Positions 18,860-27,428 of a DNA stretch of 64,000 nucleotides are shown piece after piece. The notes beneath the pieces were generated by a model that was given only the letters and a program-made list of their open reading frames with translations, was not told the DNA's origin and searched no databases. Source of the DNA: a virus; the IMG/VR virus record IMGVR_UViG_3300030430_004991, positions 1 through 64,000 of that record, one strand, 5' to 3'. Within the stretch, counting starts at the first letter, position 1. Every line of letters starts with the position of its first letter. A program made the translations under genes and the position numbers.

Positions 18860-19422
18860 TATTTTTTCTCGTTGTCACCTTTCTTGATGAACTCATTTTG
18901 TGGTCGCTTTGCTGCTTTAACTTGCTCTAAAAATTTTCTAGTAATAGCACGACTGCTTTCAACAGCAGGGTCCATAATCGGCTCTTCTTTTACTTTGCTA
19001 ATTTTATAATGCTGGTATGCCTGCACAAACGACCTGACTCTGGAGACAGATTGTACTAGAATTTTTGGCTCTCCGCTAGCGGTAAGAGTAATTGAGTTGC
19101 CGGTTACTGCCTTGTATTCTTTTTGAAGAAATTTTTTAATTTGATTAAGTTGACGCACCATTTCGCCCTCGAAATCTTTTGATTGATGTACATCACGCAG
19201 CCTGATGTCGGATTGATAATTAATGCAAATTTTGTTTCCATAAAATTTAACAGAGAAGCCATCATTAACTCTGCTATCCATAATTGGACACCCTTCTTCT
19301 CTTTTAAGACCAACTTTACGAACTTGACCATCTAGAGAAAACCTCTCATCATGTCCACCATCGTAAGCGTTTGCTGCCGCTTGTGACAGCCCTTGTATAA
19401 TTTGTAATGTTGTTTCAGCCAT
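18859..19422 (-). CDS. Hypothetical protein
   Basis: 187-aa ORF coupled to the terminase start; GGAG SD. Confidence 0.65.
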   Translation of the reverse strand: MAETTLQIIQGLSQAAANAYDGGHDERFSLDGQVRKVGLKREEGCPIMDSRVNDGFSVKFYGNKICINYQSDIRLRDVHQSKDFEGEMVRQLNQIKKFLQKEYKAVTGNSITLTASGEPKILVQSVSRVRSFVQAYQHYKISKVKEEPIMDPAVESSRAITRKFLEQVKAAKRPQNEFIKKGDNEKK

Positions 19423-19792
19423 TTTTAGGTCTCCATCCTTTTTTCCATCGTTCTTCGCGTCCTTCTACATATTGAATGTAACATTTTTCACAACAGTCAA
19501 ACTTTGACATATAAACATCATCATTGGACTTGAAAGAGTAAACATTGCATACAGGACAAGAACGTTTAGAATTCTTCGTAATTAGTTTCTTTGGGATAAA
19601 AACTCCATTTATCTCTTCCTCATCGTTTACACCAGATTCTTCGTATTTGTAGAATCCTTTGAGTTCTTCTAAATATTCTTTTTCTTTTTCATCGTTCCAA
19701 CCCTTTTTTGGGTGCTGGATTGTTTCTGCGCCGTATTTTTCTGTTATGGCTTTCTCAACCTTTACGGCATAATTTGGATCTTTACTTTTCAT
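19415..19792 (-). CDS. Hypothetical zinc-finger protein
   Basis: CPVC...CCEKC motif. Confidence 0.6.
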   Translation of the reverse strand: MKSKDPNYAVKVEKAITEKYGAETIQHPKKGWNDEKEKEYLEELKGFYKYEESGVNDEEEINGVFIPKKLITKNSKRSCPVCNVYSFKSNDDVYMSKFDCCEKCYIQYVEGREERWKKGWRPKNG

Positions 19793-20195
19793 ATTTTCTT
19801 TGCCATTCTTTTGAAATTTTGTCCTCTTTTATTGGCCCACCCTTAGCCCAAGTTCTACATGCTCTGGCGGAGTGGCACTTAAAATGATGCATCCAACAAT
19901 AACCTAATCTTCCTTCTCCATCAGAAGTAGGTCCAGGCATACACTCATCCATTCTAGGTGATATGTCAAACGCCGTACAGTTTCCACACAGAGATTTTTT
20001 TGCAGCCTCTTCTGTTGTGTTCCAATACTCCGCAATGTCTTTCCAGTAATCACCGGGCTCATCAACATTAAGTGGGCCGTACTGAATGTGTTCTGCTTTT
20101 ATAGAGGCGTCACGATTTTTTGTATTTAATTTTAAATCTTGTGTCGCCTCAGGGCAAATCATTTTTTTAAGTCTTTTTAAAATTCTTATTTTCAT
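19782..20195 (-). CDS. Cys-rich protein, possibly HiPIP-like metal/Fe-S binding, with MKIRILK leader
   Basis: CGNCTAF...GYC...CHSARACRTW. Confidence 0.5.
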   Translation of the reverse strand: MKIRILKRLKKMICPEATQDLKLNTKNRDASIKAEHIQYGPLNVDEPGDYWKDIAEYWNTTEEAAKKSLCGNCTAFDISPRMDECMPGPTSDGEGRLGYCWMHHFKCHSARACRTWAKGGPIKEDKISKEWQRKYEK

Positions 20196-20584
20196 TGAGT
20201 TAATCCCGGCTTGACAGCATACATGATCCCAACTGAAATTCCCGCACCGGCAATAAATCCACCAATGAGCGGCCAGATGTTATTCTGGGGCCTCAGTTCA
20301 TCTATGTGTTCATCTTGTAATCTAATTAGTTCGTTAAGTTTCTCAATCTCCGCGTCTGTTTTGGACTTCAAGACATCATAGCGATATTTCTCTAAAATTT
20401 TGTTCTCATTAACTTTAAACTCAACAAGCGCATCACATGTTAAATCTTTTGTTACACTATCTTCAACAAGGATTCTCATCGCTGCTTCGTTCAATAGGCG
20501 ACCATTCCATGGAACAGTTTCACCTGTTTTCATATCTTTGTATTTTGGCTCTTCCGCAAACAGAAGAGAAATTAAAAATATCAT
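20192..20584 (-). CDS. Membrane-anchored coiled-coil protein
   Basis: Hydrophobic N-terminus, central heptad-like region and C-terminal TM segment (IWPLIGGFIAGAGISVGIMYAV). Confidence 0.55.
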   Translation of the reverse strand: MIFLISLLFAEEPKYKDMKTGETVPWNGRLLNEAAMRILVEDSVTKDLTCDALVEFKVNENKILEKYRYDVLKSKTDAEIEKLNELIRLQDEHIDELRPQNNIWPLIGGFIAGAGISVGIMYAVKPGLTQ

Positions 20585-20910
20585 TCTTCCCTCTCAATGC
20601 CTTTTGATTTTAAGAAATCCTCGGTCTTAACCTTCTTCGAGTCTCTTAAAAACTTATGCTTTTTTTCCTCGAAATTTAGAACGTTTTCAGCAATAGAAGC
20701 GTCTTTGGTTTCCACGAGGTCTTCCAAGTCCTCCACAAGTTCTTCGCGTTGTTTTTCTTCTAAATCTTTCCATTTTTCATAAAATTTTACTTTCTGTTTC
20801 TTTGCGTCTTTTGAGCGTCCAAGCAAATAGAAAGCAATGACAGTAATGATCATTAAGATCCACTGCCAATACTTTATTACAAAATTTACGGTTTTTGCCC
20901 ACCAAGTCAT
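20581..20910 (-). CDS. N-terminal TM plus coiled-coil protein (possibly spanin-like)
   Basis: YWQWILMIITVIAFYLLG followed by a charged helical tail. Confidence 0.5.
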   Translation of the reverse strand: MTWWAKTVNFVIKYWQWILMIITVIAFYLLGRSKDAKKQKVKFYEKWKDLEEKQREELVEDLEDLVETKDASIAENVLNFEEKKHKFLRDSKKVKTEDFLKSKGIEREE

Positions 20911-21257
20911 TGGTTTTCCGCATTCTCAATTTTCTGCAGAACCATAGCTTTAACGTCTTCGTCAAAATCACTTAAATTATCGCTGACATCCTCGACACTA
21001 GAAATGTCCCTTAAATCGATTTCTGCGATCGAGCCCCCGGCTTCTATGTATAGGATACCGTAGTCACCATAAACGTCCGCGAGATTTTCCAAACTGGCGA
21101 CACCAGTTTCACTCTTGGTATATTTTAATGCTGCTTCAATACTGTCCTCGTCTTGTTCGTCTTGTGAAATCACATCAACATGGACACCATCCGATTCTGT
21201 TAGTCTTGTCAATTCTTCTTTGATTAATTTTTTTAATAATTTTGTTGTTAATTTCAT
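20907..21257 (-). CDS. Acidic hypothetical protein with MKLTTKLLKKLIKEE leader
   Basis: Start reassigned to ATG 21257 (AGGA SD) just after the upstream stop. Basic leader followed by a very acidic body. Confidence 0.6.
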   Translation of the reverse strand: MKLTTKLLKKLIKEELTRLTESDGVHVDVISQDEQDEDSIEAALKYTKSETGVASLENLADVYGDYGILYIEAGGSIAEIDLRDISSVEDVSDNLSDFDEDVKAMVLQKIENAENQ

Positions 21258-21261
21258 TTTT

Positions 21262-21525
21262 TTATCCTTTCCAAACTTTAGCAACGTCAATAACTGACTG
21301 TCCACCAATGTACATGGCAGCAATCATCGCCCAAGTGTCAGGATCGAGTCCGGACCAGATGAGCAAAGCAGTTGCACTAGCAAAAACAAGAAGTTTACGA
21401 GATACGGCTTTTCCAAGAGCCTCATCAACTACTCCTAGCTTTTGTTCTTTGCAACATTCGCAATGTTCGCAGCAATCACACTTGTGGTCATGCTCGCAAT
21501 TTTCCTCACAATTTTCATTATGCAT
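21262..21525 (-). CDS. Two-TM holin-like protein with Cys/His-rich N-terminus
   Basis: SRKLLVFASATALLIWSG and WAMIAAMYIGGQSVID hydrophobic segments. 8 Cys and 4 His in the first 25 aa. Confidence 0.5.
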   Translation of the reverse strand: MHNENCEENCEHDHKCDCCEHCECCKEQKLGVVDEALGKAVSRKLLVFASATALLIWSGLDPDTWAMIAAMYIGGQSVIDVAKVWKG

Positions 21526-23593
21526 TTCTGTTCTCCTTTAAAATTTTAATTTTTATTCTTTTTCTATTTTCTTGAACACTAAAGCTATTGCCTGGTGTTC
21601 CTATATTGGTTTGATACCAATTTATAACATCTTGTTCCGTGAAGTTTAAAAACTTGTAAAATTTATTGATCTTCTCAGGAGTAGCTACAGTACCTTCTAA
21701 GTTTTCTTTTTCCTTTAAAGCAGCGTCTATAAGTTTTTTTGCTGCTTCTTTATCAATGTTATTCTGTCTAAGATAGTTAAATTCTAAATCTTGCACGAAT
21801 TTGTCGACTATTTTTTTTCTAATTTCTCCAGCGCCCTTTGTCTTTTCAAACCCTATGGCCGCAGGAGTTCCAATACCAGCGTGTGTTTTTAGACTTTTTG
21901 TCTTTTTGCCAAGAAATACAGGGCTATTTTTAACAATTCTGTACGTGCGAATAATTTGTTTGTTGTCCATCATTTCAACAAAGTCATAAGTTTTTTCATA
22001 GATTTCATAAAATTTTTGCATTGCCGGTATAAAAACAGCGGCTAATTTTTCACAATCATCATCTGCTGTGTGTGTTTGTTTTGGAGCATTTTCGATAAAT
22101 GCTTTCATCAGAGTCTCTAGTTTTCCTTTTGATTTTCCAGATTTTTTTAAATTTTTTAAAATTACCCTTACTTCATCAATTTGAGGCTTGATCTTTATAG
22201 TGTTGTGTTCACCGATCTCTATAAAATCTTCTATAGCTTTTTTTAGTTTTTTTGTTCTCTCTTCATCTGGTTGTTGTGTATCTAGTATTTCTTGCATCTC
22301 TTTAATTCGAAAATGTGTACGATATGCTAATCCATAAAAATACACTAGTGTTTTAAAATATTTTATCATCAATGAGAATAAAAATCTCGTATCATACACA
22401 TAAGAGTTACGAAAATTTTGTGTATTGTTAATCCCGTGAAACTCACATCTTGCAATTACAAAAGGATTGTCAAAAGAAATTATGTTTTGACCAACTAATA
22501 CATAGTCACCATTTGGTTGTGATTGATTCGTTGATGGCGCTCCTTGTTGATCAATAAACTTCATCATGCCCTCAAGCGCTTCTTTCTCTGAGACAGTGCC
22601 TTCGTAACCTTTATTACGATATTTTTTTAACGGAAATTCATCATAATTTGTAAATACTTTATTTTCTTCTGTGGTTTGTTTGAGAAAAAGAATAATTTTT
22701 TCAACAGTACTTTTTACAAAGTCATTCCCTCTATTGTTATAGTATGTTGAAATGCCGCCATCAACAGTATCCTCATTGAAAATATTGTGATAAAAAAAGA
22801 TCAAATCTTCTTTAGATGGATTTGTGTTCTCAATTATTTTTTTTAATCTTTCTTTCGGAAGGAGAGGTCCTTCTTCGCCTTGTCCGTCTTTATCTTTTTC
22901 AATCTTTTCGCTTTCTTCTTCGTCTTTATCTTTTTCAATCTTTTCGCTTTCTTCTTCGTCTTTATCTTTTTCAATCTTTTCGCTTTCTTCTTCTTCAAAA
23001 TCAATTACTGATATATATTTCTCTACGAATTTTTTAAACGCACTAGCAGTGCCTTTTTTGCCAAGTAGAGCCTTTTTTTTGTTTTTTAGGTTATAGTGAA
23101 GAAAAATATGAAAAAATAATCCTAAAATTGATTTTACATCATCTCTATTTTTAGCGGGTATTTCAAGTTGATCGTCTCGTATAAATTCTTTAAATTCGGT
23201 ATATTCATTTTCTGGTGTTTGGTCTAAAATTTTAGCTCTTTTTTCTTTGGCTTTTTTGGATCTATCACTATATTCATCTGTTATGTCGGCCTTTGCGACA
23301 TAGTAATCATTTGGGTTTTCTGCGCTAATTGTGCTTGGGTCACCGTTTGGAGAATATTTTAAAATAGCGATTTGGTGAATCATGTCTGAAATTTGTCCGA
23401 ATTCTCCTCTTTTTCTTCGAAGACCTGTTGTTTCAAGGTCGTAAAACAAAAGATCTTTGTTAAATAAACTCTCTAATACTTCTTTTTCTTTAATTAAAAG
23501 ACCTAAGTTTCCAAAAAGTTCTTCTACTGGTAGAAGACTTGTCGGAGATTTTCCGGTCCTCTCTGATAATTGTTTTTTGATTCTAATTTTCAT
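21518..23593 (-). CDS. DnaQ-like (DEDDh) 3'-5' exonuclease with large insertions
   Basis: ExoI FYDLETTGL, ExoII VGQNIISFDNPF and ExoIII THTADDDC, spread over 691 aa. Confidence 0.75.
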   Translation of the reverse strand: MKIRIKKQLSERTGKSPTSLLPVEELFGNLGLLIKEKEVLESLFNKDLLFYDLETTGLRRKRGEFGQISDMIHQIAILKYSPNGDPSTISAENPNDYYVAKADITDEYSDRSKKAKEKRAKILDQTPENEYTEFKEFIRDDQLEIPAKNRDDVKSILGLFFHIFLHYNLKNKKKALLGKKGTASAFKKFVEKYISVIDFEEEESEKIEKDKDEEESEKIEKDKDEEESEKIEKDKDGQGEEGPLLPKERLKKIIENTNPSKEDLIFFYHNIFNEDTVDGGISTYYNNRGNDFVKSTVEKIILFLKQTTEENKVFTNYDEFPLKKYRNKGYEGTVSEKEALEGMMKFIDQQGAPSTNQSQPNGDYVLVGQNIISFDNPFVIARCEFHGINNTQNFRNSYVYDTRFLFSLMIKYFKTLVYFYGLAYRTHFRIKEMQEILDTQQPDEERTKKLKKAIEDFIEIGEHNTIKIKPQIDEVRVILKNLKKSGKSKGKLETLMKAFIENAPKQTHTADDDCEKLAAVFIPAMQKFYEIYEKTYDFVEMMDNKQIIRTYRIVKNSPVFLGKKTKSLKTHAGIGTPAAIGFEKTKGAGEIRKKIVDKFVQDLEFNYLRQNNIDKEAAKKLIDAALKEKENLEGTVATPEKINKFYKFLNFTEQDVINWYQTNIGTPGNSFSVQENRKRIKIKILKENRNA
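22886..22993 (-). repeat. Perfect 36-bp tandem repeat x3 (EEESEKIEKDKD) inside the exonuclease
   Basis: Plus-strand unit gtctttatctttttcaatcttttcgctttcttcttc at 22886, 22922 and 22958. Confidence 0.95.
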
Positions 23594-23630
23594 AATAAAA
23601 AATCCTATTTAGCTTTTACACTAAATAGGA
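23594..23630 (-). promoter_or_regulatory. Hairpin combining a putative late promoter, a terminator-like structure and a sequestered RBS
   Basis: Minus strand TCCTATTTAG-TGTAAAAG-CTAAATAGGA-TTTTTTATT-ATG, a perfect 10-bp stem. Confidence 0.7.
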
Positions 23631-23639
23631 CGTTATTTG

Positions 23640-26600
23640 TTAAATGTTTACCTTGGCATAGCCATCAATTTTATCAATGTCTATCGTCATGTCCACCACA
23701 TCTTTTAGATGATCAAGGTGAGAGATAATCAAAACTGTTTTGAATTGGTTCTTTATCATCTGCAATAGTCTTGTGAACCCTTCCATGTGTTCTTGATCTA
23801 ATGCCGTTGCCGGTTCGTCAAGAATAAACAGTTCGGACTTTGGAAGATTGGTTATCGCAATCATCGCAAGACGTATGGCCATCGAAGCAATTGTCTTTTC
23901 TGCTCCTGATCCCATGGACAACGGACGAGCCGCATAGTTGGGATGTTTGATGGAGAGTTCAAGTTTGTTGTCATGATTCTCAAAGAACACTTCAAAGTCA
24001 ACAATGTTGGCTAAGATCTTTGCGATCTCTTGATTGATAATCGGTAGCTTTTGCTGAATGATCTCGTATGAAATACCATTAGCATGCATGCAAGTCGTGT
24101 AGATGTCGAAAGCACGATACTCGTTCATAACATCTTTGTATTCATTCTTCTCGTTGTAAAGACCACGAATAACTTCTTTCATTGCCGCTTCTTCCACAAG
24201 ATACTCTTGAGAAAGTTTATTGCATTCCTTCAGTGTTACCTTGTTCTCTTTAATTTTCTTTATAAGAGCCTTTTGGTCTCCGTACAAAGATTCCTTATTC
24301 TCGATAGCTTCACGATTATCTTCATATTCTTTAGCTTTCGCTTCGAGAGCATCAATCTCGTTAGTTAACAAAGCAATGGTTGCTTCGTTTTTCTGAATAG
24401 ACATTTTTTGTCTTTCCATGTTAATCTCACAAGAGTCAATCTCAGATCTAAGATCATTAAACTTTTGGATGTTATTTTGAATTGTTTTAATGTCATACTC
24501 TTCAAGTTTAACTGTCGCTTGATGGAGAGACTCGGCGAGATCATCTAACAAATTCATGTTATAGGGCAGATCTGCTTTTGCTTTCTCTGCTTGTTTCACA
24601 AACTCATTGTCACAACAGAACTCACAGTTTGGATCATACTTGTGATTATGAAGCATCGCTGCTGTTTTGTCTAAGTTTTTTAACACGGTCTTCTGGTGCT
24701 TCACTTGTTGCTCAAAGGCTTTGACAAGTTCTTCTTGGTGCTTTGCTTCTTTTAGCAGAGACATTAGGCGATCATATTGTTTACTGTCGACCTGTTCACA
24801 TGTTTGTTCATAAAACTTTTCTAGTCTCTCAACATGTTCTTGTGAATGTAAATTCTGTGAGAGCAGTTTAGTTTTCTTTGTTTTCTTAAACGCTATCTCT
24901 TTGGAAACTTGATTGATGTCAATAATCTCCGCAGGAATTGCGTCGATTGTTTTCTTAACCTCCGCAAGTTCAAGTTCAAACTTTTCTATAGAACAAGTCA
25001 GTTTTTCACATTTATTAACCTGCTCGTCGATGTCCATTCGAATGTCCTCTAGTGTTTCTGTTTTTTTGCGTATTTGTTCGTCAAACTTCTTGCTCTCCAT
25101 GCGCTTAATTACACCACGAAGATCAGCAGCATCCTTACGAGCCAATTTATACTTTTGATCAAAGATCTGCAGGTCTAGAAATTTAGCGATAATTTCTTTT
25201 CGTTTAGTAGAGCCCTCTCGCAAGAAAGACATAGAGTCTAGTTGAGATGCCATTGACGTTAAAAAGAAGTCATCAATTGTACCGAAGTGCTTACGAATGT
25301 TAGCATCGGTTTCGTTTCTGGTTGTACCATTCTTTGACTCAAAGATACCAGCAGTTGTTTTAGAAAAATCTAGATCTACTTTGGATTCTATTGTTTCTTT
25401 CCCTTTTAGTTTCTTTGTGTACTTATTAAGGTTTCGAGTAATCTCGAAAGCGTCATGACCTGCTTCAAGTTTTATTTTACACTTGGCATACTGTTTGTTT
25501 TGGTTGATGATGTGAACATTCTTTCGCTCTCCTTTCGAAGTTGTATTATAAATGTTAAATAACACACTGTCGATAATAGAAGACTTTCCTGAATAATTTT
25601 TACCAAAGATTCCGACAAGTCCGGATAATTTTTCAAAATTAATCTTATTCTTCTCGCCGTAGTTGAAGAGGTTATCCCACTCAATCTCTTTAATTTTCCA
25701 AACAACATTACGTGATACCTCCTCTGATTCTTCAACAATTTGATTGTATTTTTTATTTAACTCTAAAATCTTATCCATAACGCCATCGTCCATGTCAAGT
25801 TCGCTGCAATACTGTTTTATGTATTTTTCTTGAACAGAAAGATCTCGCAGGTTCTCATTCAAAACTGCTTTACCTATCAAAGATGTAGACGAAGAGTTGG
25901 TGGTGCCATTGTTAATAAAAGAAACAGAATAGGGTTGCCATTTCTTTTGGCAATAATCACACGCTGCTCTTAATTTCATAGGCGAAATGTTAGAAGAGGC
26001 ACGTATTCTAAGACGACAGCCCTTTGGCACTATTGTGTTGGGTACTTGTCCTTCCGGTGTTAAGTCTATTGTCACGAACGGTCTGGGGTTTAGTACTGAG
26101 ACATGCTGACAATCCCAATCGTATTTATCTCGTATGTTCCACATGAGAAAACCTTTGTTAATTGACTCGCCAAAGTTTTGTTGAATCGTAGAGCCAGCAT
26201 ATCTTACTCGTCCTTTGAGATCCATTTTCTGTTGCTTGTGAATGTCACCCAGCATGCTAAAGTCAAAATCGCTGAAAATATCAATAGAATCTTCGCCTTC
26301 TTCAATAGTGTAACCTTGTGAGGTTTGGCATCCGTGAATAGACCCGTGATACAAGCCGATATTAATACACTCTCTGTTAGTCGGTTTAACCCAGTTTTCT
26401 CTATCAAAGACCGATAGAACGTTGAGAGTGATCTTTTCATTTATTTTTGTTTCTCCGGAATTTTTAAGAAGATGAATATTTTTGTGACCCAATGCATCTA
26501 CAATCGGAGAAATTGCATCCTGCCTAGTGTCGTTCTTAAGATTACCATCATGGTTTCCTAGTATAATATAAGTAGGAGCAATGTCTCCCAAGTTATGCAA

Positions 26601-26789
26601 AAAACTTGCACACATTTGGAAAAATTCCGGTGATAATTGCGTTTTAGTGTGTGCGATGTCACCGGTGTGTACGATAATGTCGGGAGACATTTGCCGCAGT
26701 TTTTTATAAAGATCTTCGAACGCTAGTTTGTATTCGTAGTGATACTTTAAATTTCTAATGTGTGTATCTGATATATGTGCTATTTTCAT
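23640..26789 (-). CDS. Fused Mre11/SbcD nuclease - Rad50/SbcC ATPase (T4 gp47-gp46-like)
   Basis: N-terminal metallophosphoesterase motifs SDTH, TGD, GNHD, LGDIH and YAGS. Then Walker A GKNYSGKS, coiled coil with Zn-hook-like CEFC, signature SMGSGAE, Walker B FILDEP and ISH. Confidence 0.9.
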   Translation of the reverse strand: MKIAHISDTHIRNLKYHYEYKLAFEDLYKKLRQMSPDIIVHTGDIAHTKTQLSPEFFQMCASFLHNLGDIAPTYIILGNHDGNLKNDTRQDAISPIVDALGHKNIHLLKNSGETKINEKITLNVLSVFDRENWVKPTNRECINIGLYHGSIHGCQTSQGYTIEEGEDSIDIFSDFDFSMLGDIHKQQKMDLKGRVRYAGSTIQQNFGESINKGFLMWNIRDKYDWDCQHVSVLNPRPFVTIDLTPEGQVPNTIVPKGCRLRIRASSNISPMKLRAACDYCQKKWQPYSVSFINNGTTNSSSTSLIGKAVLNENLRDLSVQEKYIKQYCSELDMDDGVMDKILELNKKYNQIVEESEEVSRNVVWKIKEIEWDNLFNYGEKNKINFEKLSGLVGIFGKNYSGKSSIIDSVLFNIYNTTSKGERKNVHIINQNKQYAKCKIKLEAGHDAFEITRNLNKYTKKLKGKETIESKVDLDFSKTTAGIFESKNGTTRNETDANIRKHFGTIDDFFLTSMASQLDSMSFLREGSTKRKEIIAKFLDLQIFDQKYKLARKDAADLRGVIKRMESKKFDEQIRKKTETLEDIRMDIDEQVNKCEKLTCSIEKFELELAEVKKTIDAIPAEIIDINQVSKEIAFKKTKKTKLLSQNLHSQEHVERLEKFYEQTCEQVDSKQYDRLMSLLKEAKHQEELVKAFEQQVKHQKTVLKNLDKTAAMLHNHKYDPNCEFCCDNEFVKQAEKAKADLPYNMNLLDDLAESLHQATVKLEEYDIKTIQNNIQKFNDLRSEIDSCEINMERQKMSIQKNEATIALLTNEIDALEAKAKEYEDNREAIENKESLYGDQKALIKKIKENKVTLKECNKLSQEYLVEEAAMKEVIRGLYNEKNEYKDVMNEYRAFDIYTTCMHANGISYEIIQQKLPIINQEIAKILANIVDFEVFFENHDNKLELSIKHPNYAARPLSMGSGAEKTIASMAIRLAMIAITNLPKSELFILDEPATALDQEHMEGFTRLLQMIKNQFKTVLIISHLDHLKDVVDMTIDIDKIDGYAKVNI

Positions 26790-26797
26790 GTTACCTC

Positions 26798-27148
26798 CTA
26801 ATAGTTTCTAGTTTTATAGCGACCACGGCCACTGTGGATTTTGCCAACAAAGCCAACTCGCTTCATTTCTTCTTTCCACTCTTTGCCGTGGTTGTGATAA
26901 GGTCTTTCCTCATAAAAAACTTCAACAGCGTGATGGCACATCTCGTGCAACAAAATGTTGAGTTTTTGGTAGTGCGTCAGTTTTTTGTCTATTTCTATGT
27001 AAGACTCTGTCCCTTCTTCTTCATCAGGGTAATGATAAAGACCTTCCGCACGCTCAGCGCTTAAGTCTCTTATTTTTACAGGGATCTTTGTTAGTTTTCC
27101 ATCCCAATATTTTTTATTAAATTCATTAAACTTATTTGTCCAGTACAT
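26798..27148 (-). CDS. SprT-like zinc metalloprotease
   Basis: FNKKYWDGKL, LLHEMCH (HExxH) and HGKEWK motifs. Confidence 0.8.
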   Translation of the reverse strand: MYWTNKFNEFNKKYWDGKLTKIPVKIRDLSAERAEGLYHYPDEEEGTESYIEIDKKLTHYQKLNILLHEMCHHAVEVFYEERPYHNHGKEWKEEMKRVGFVGKIHSGRGRYKTRNY

Positions 27149-27177
27149 GTTTCCTCCTCAAGAATCTGTATACATAT

Positions 27178-27206
27178 ATAATATCACGTTATCTTCGACT
27201 TGTCAA
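27178..27206 (-). promoter_or_regulatory. Sigma70-type promoter for the SprT / Mre11-Rad50 operon
   Basis: TTGACA-17 nt-TATTAT with extended -10 (CGTGA). Confidence 0.8.
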
Positions 27207-27216
27207 GTATTTTTTT

Positions 27217-27223
27217 CTATTTA
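27217..27223 (+). promoter_or_regulatory. Putative late promoter motif CTATTTA (plus strand)
   Basis: 29 nt upstream of the lone plus-strand gene; orientation follows the gene. Confidence 0.5.
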
Positions 27224-27251
27224 TTTATAACAAGACTTGGGAGGGTTAGAT

Positions 27252-27428
27252 GTGGAATATGTCGTTTTTGGTATTATTGTTATTGTTGCTGGTGGTCTTG
27301 CCGGTTATGAATTGATAGAGGGTATTATTGCGGGTATTAAGTTAGATGGAGATGATGAAGAAATTTTTGCTCCAATTGCAGTCTTCTCTTTGTTAGTTTT
27401 TTTTGCCGGCTTATCATATTTTGGCTAA
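27252..27428 (+). CDS. Small two-TM membrane protein; only plausible plus-strand gene
   Basis: GGGAGGG SD, then GTG at 27252 giving (M)EYVVFGIIVIVAGG...IAVFSLLVFFAGLSYFG. Lies mostly in an intergenic gap, with CTATTTA upstream at 27217. Confidence 0.55.
   Translation: MEYVVFGIIVIVAGGLAGYELIEGIIAGIKLDGDDEEIFAPIAVFSLLVFFAGLSYFG

Noticed and set aside
22886-22993. 36-bp direct repeats as a CRISPR array
   Set aside because: The units are contiguous with no spacers and are in frame inside a CDS, so this is a coding tandem repeat.
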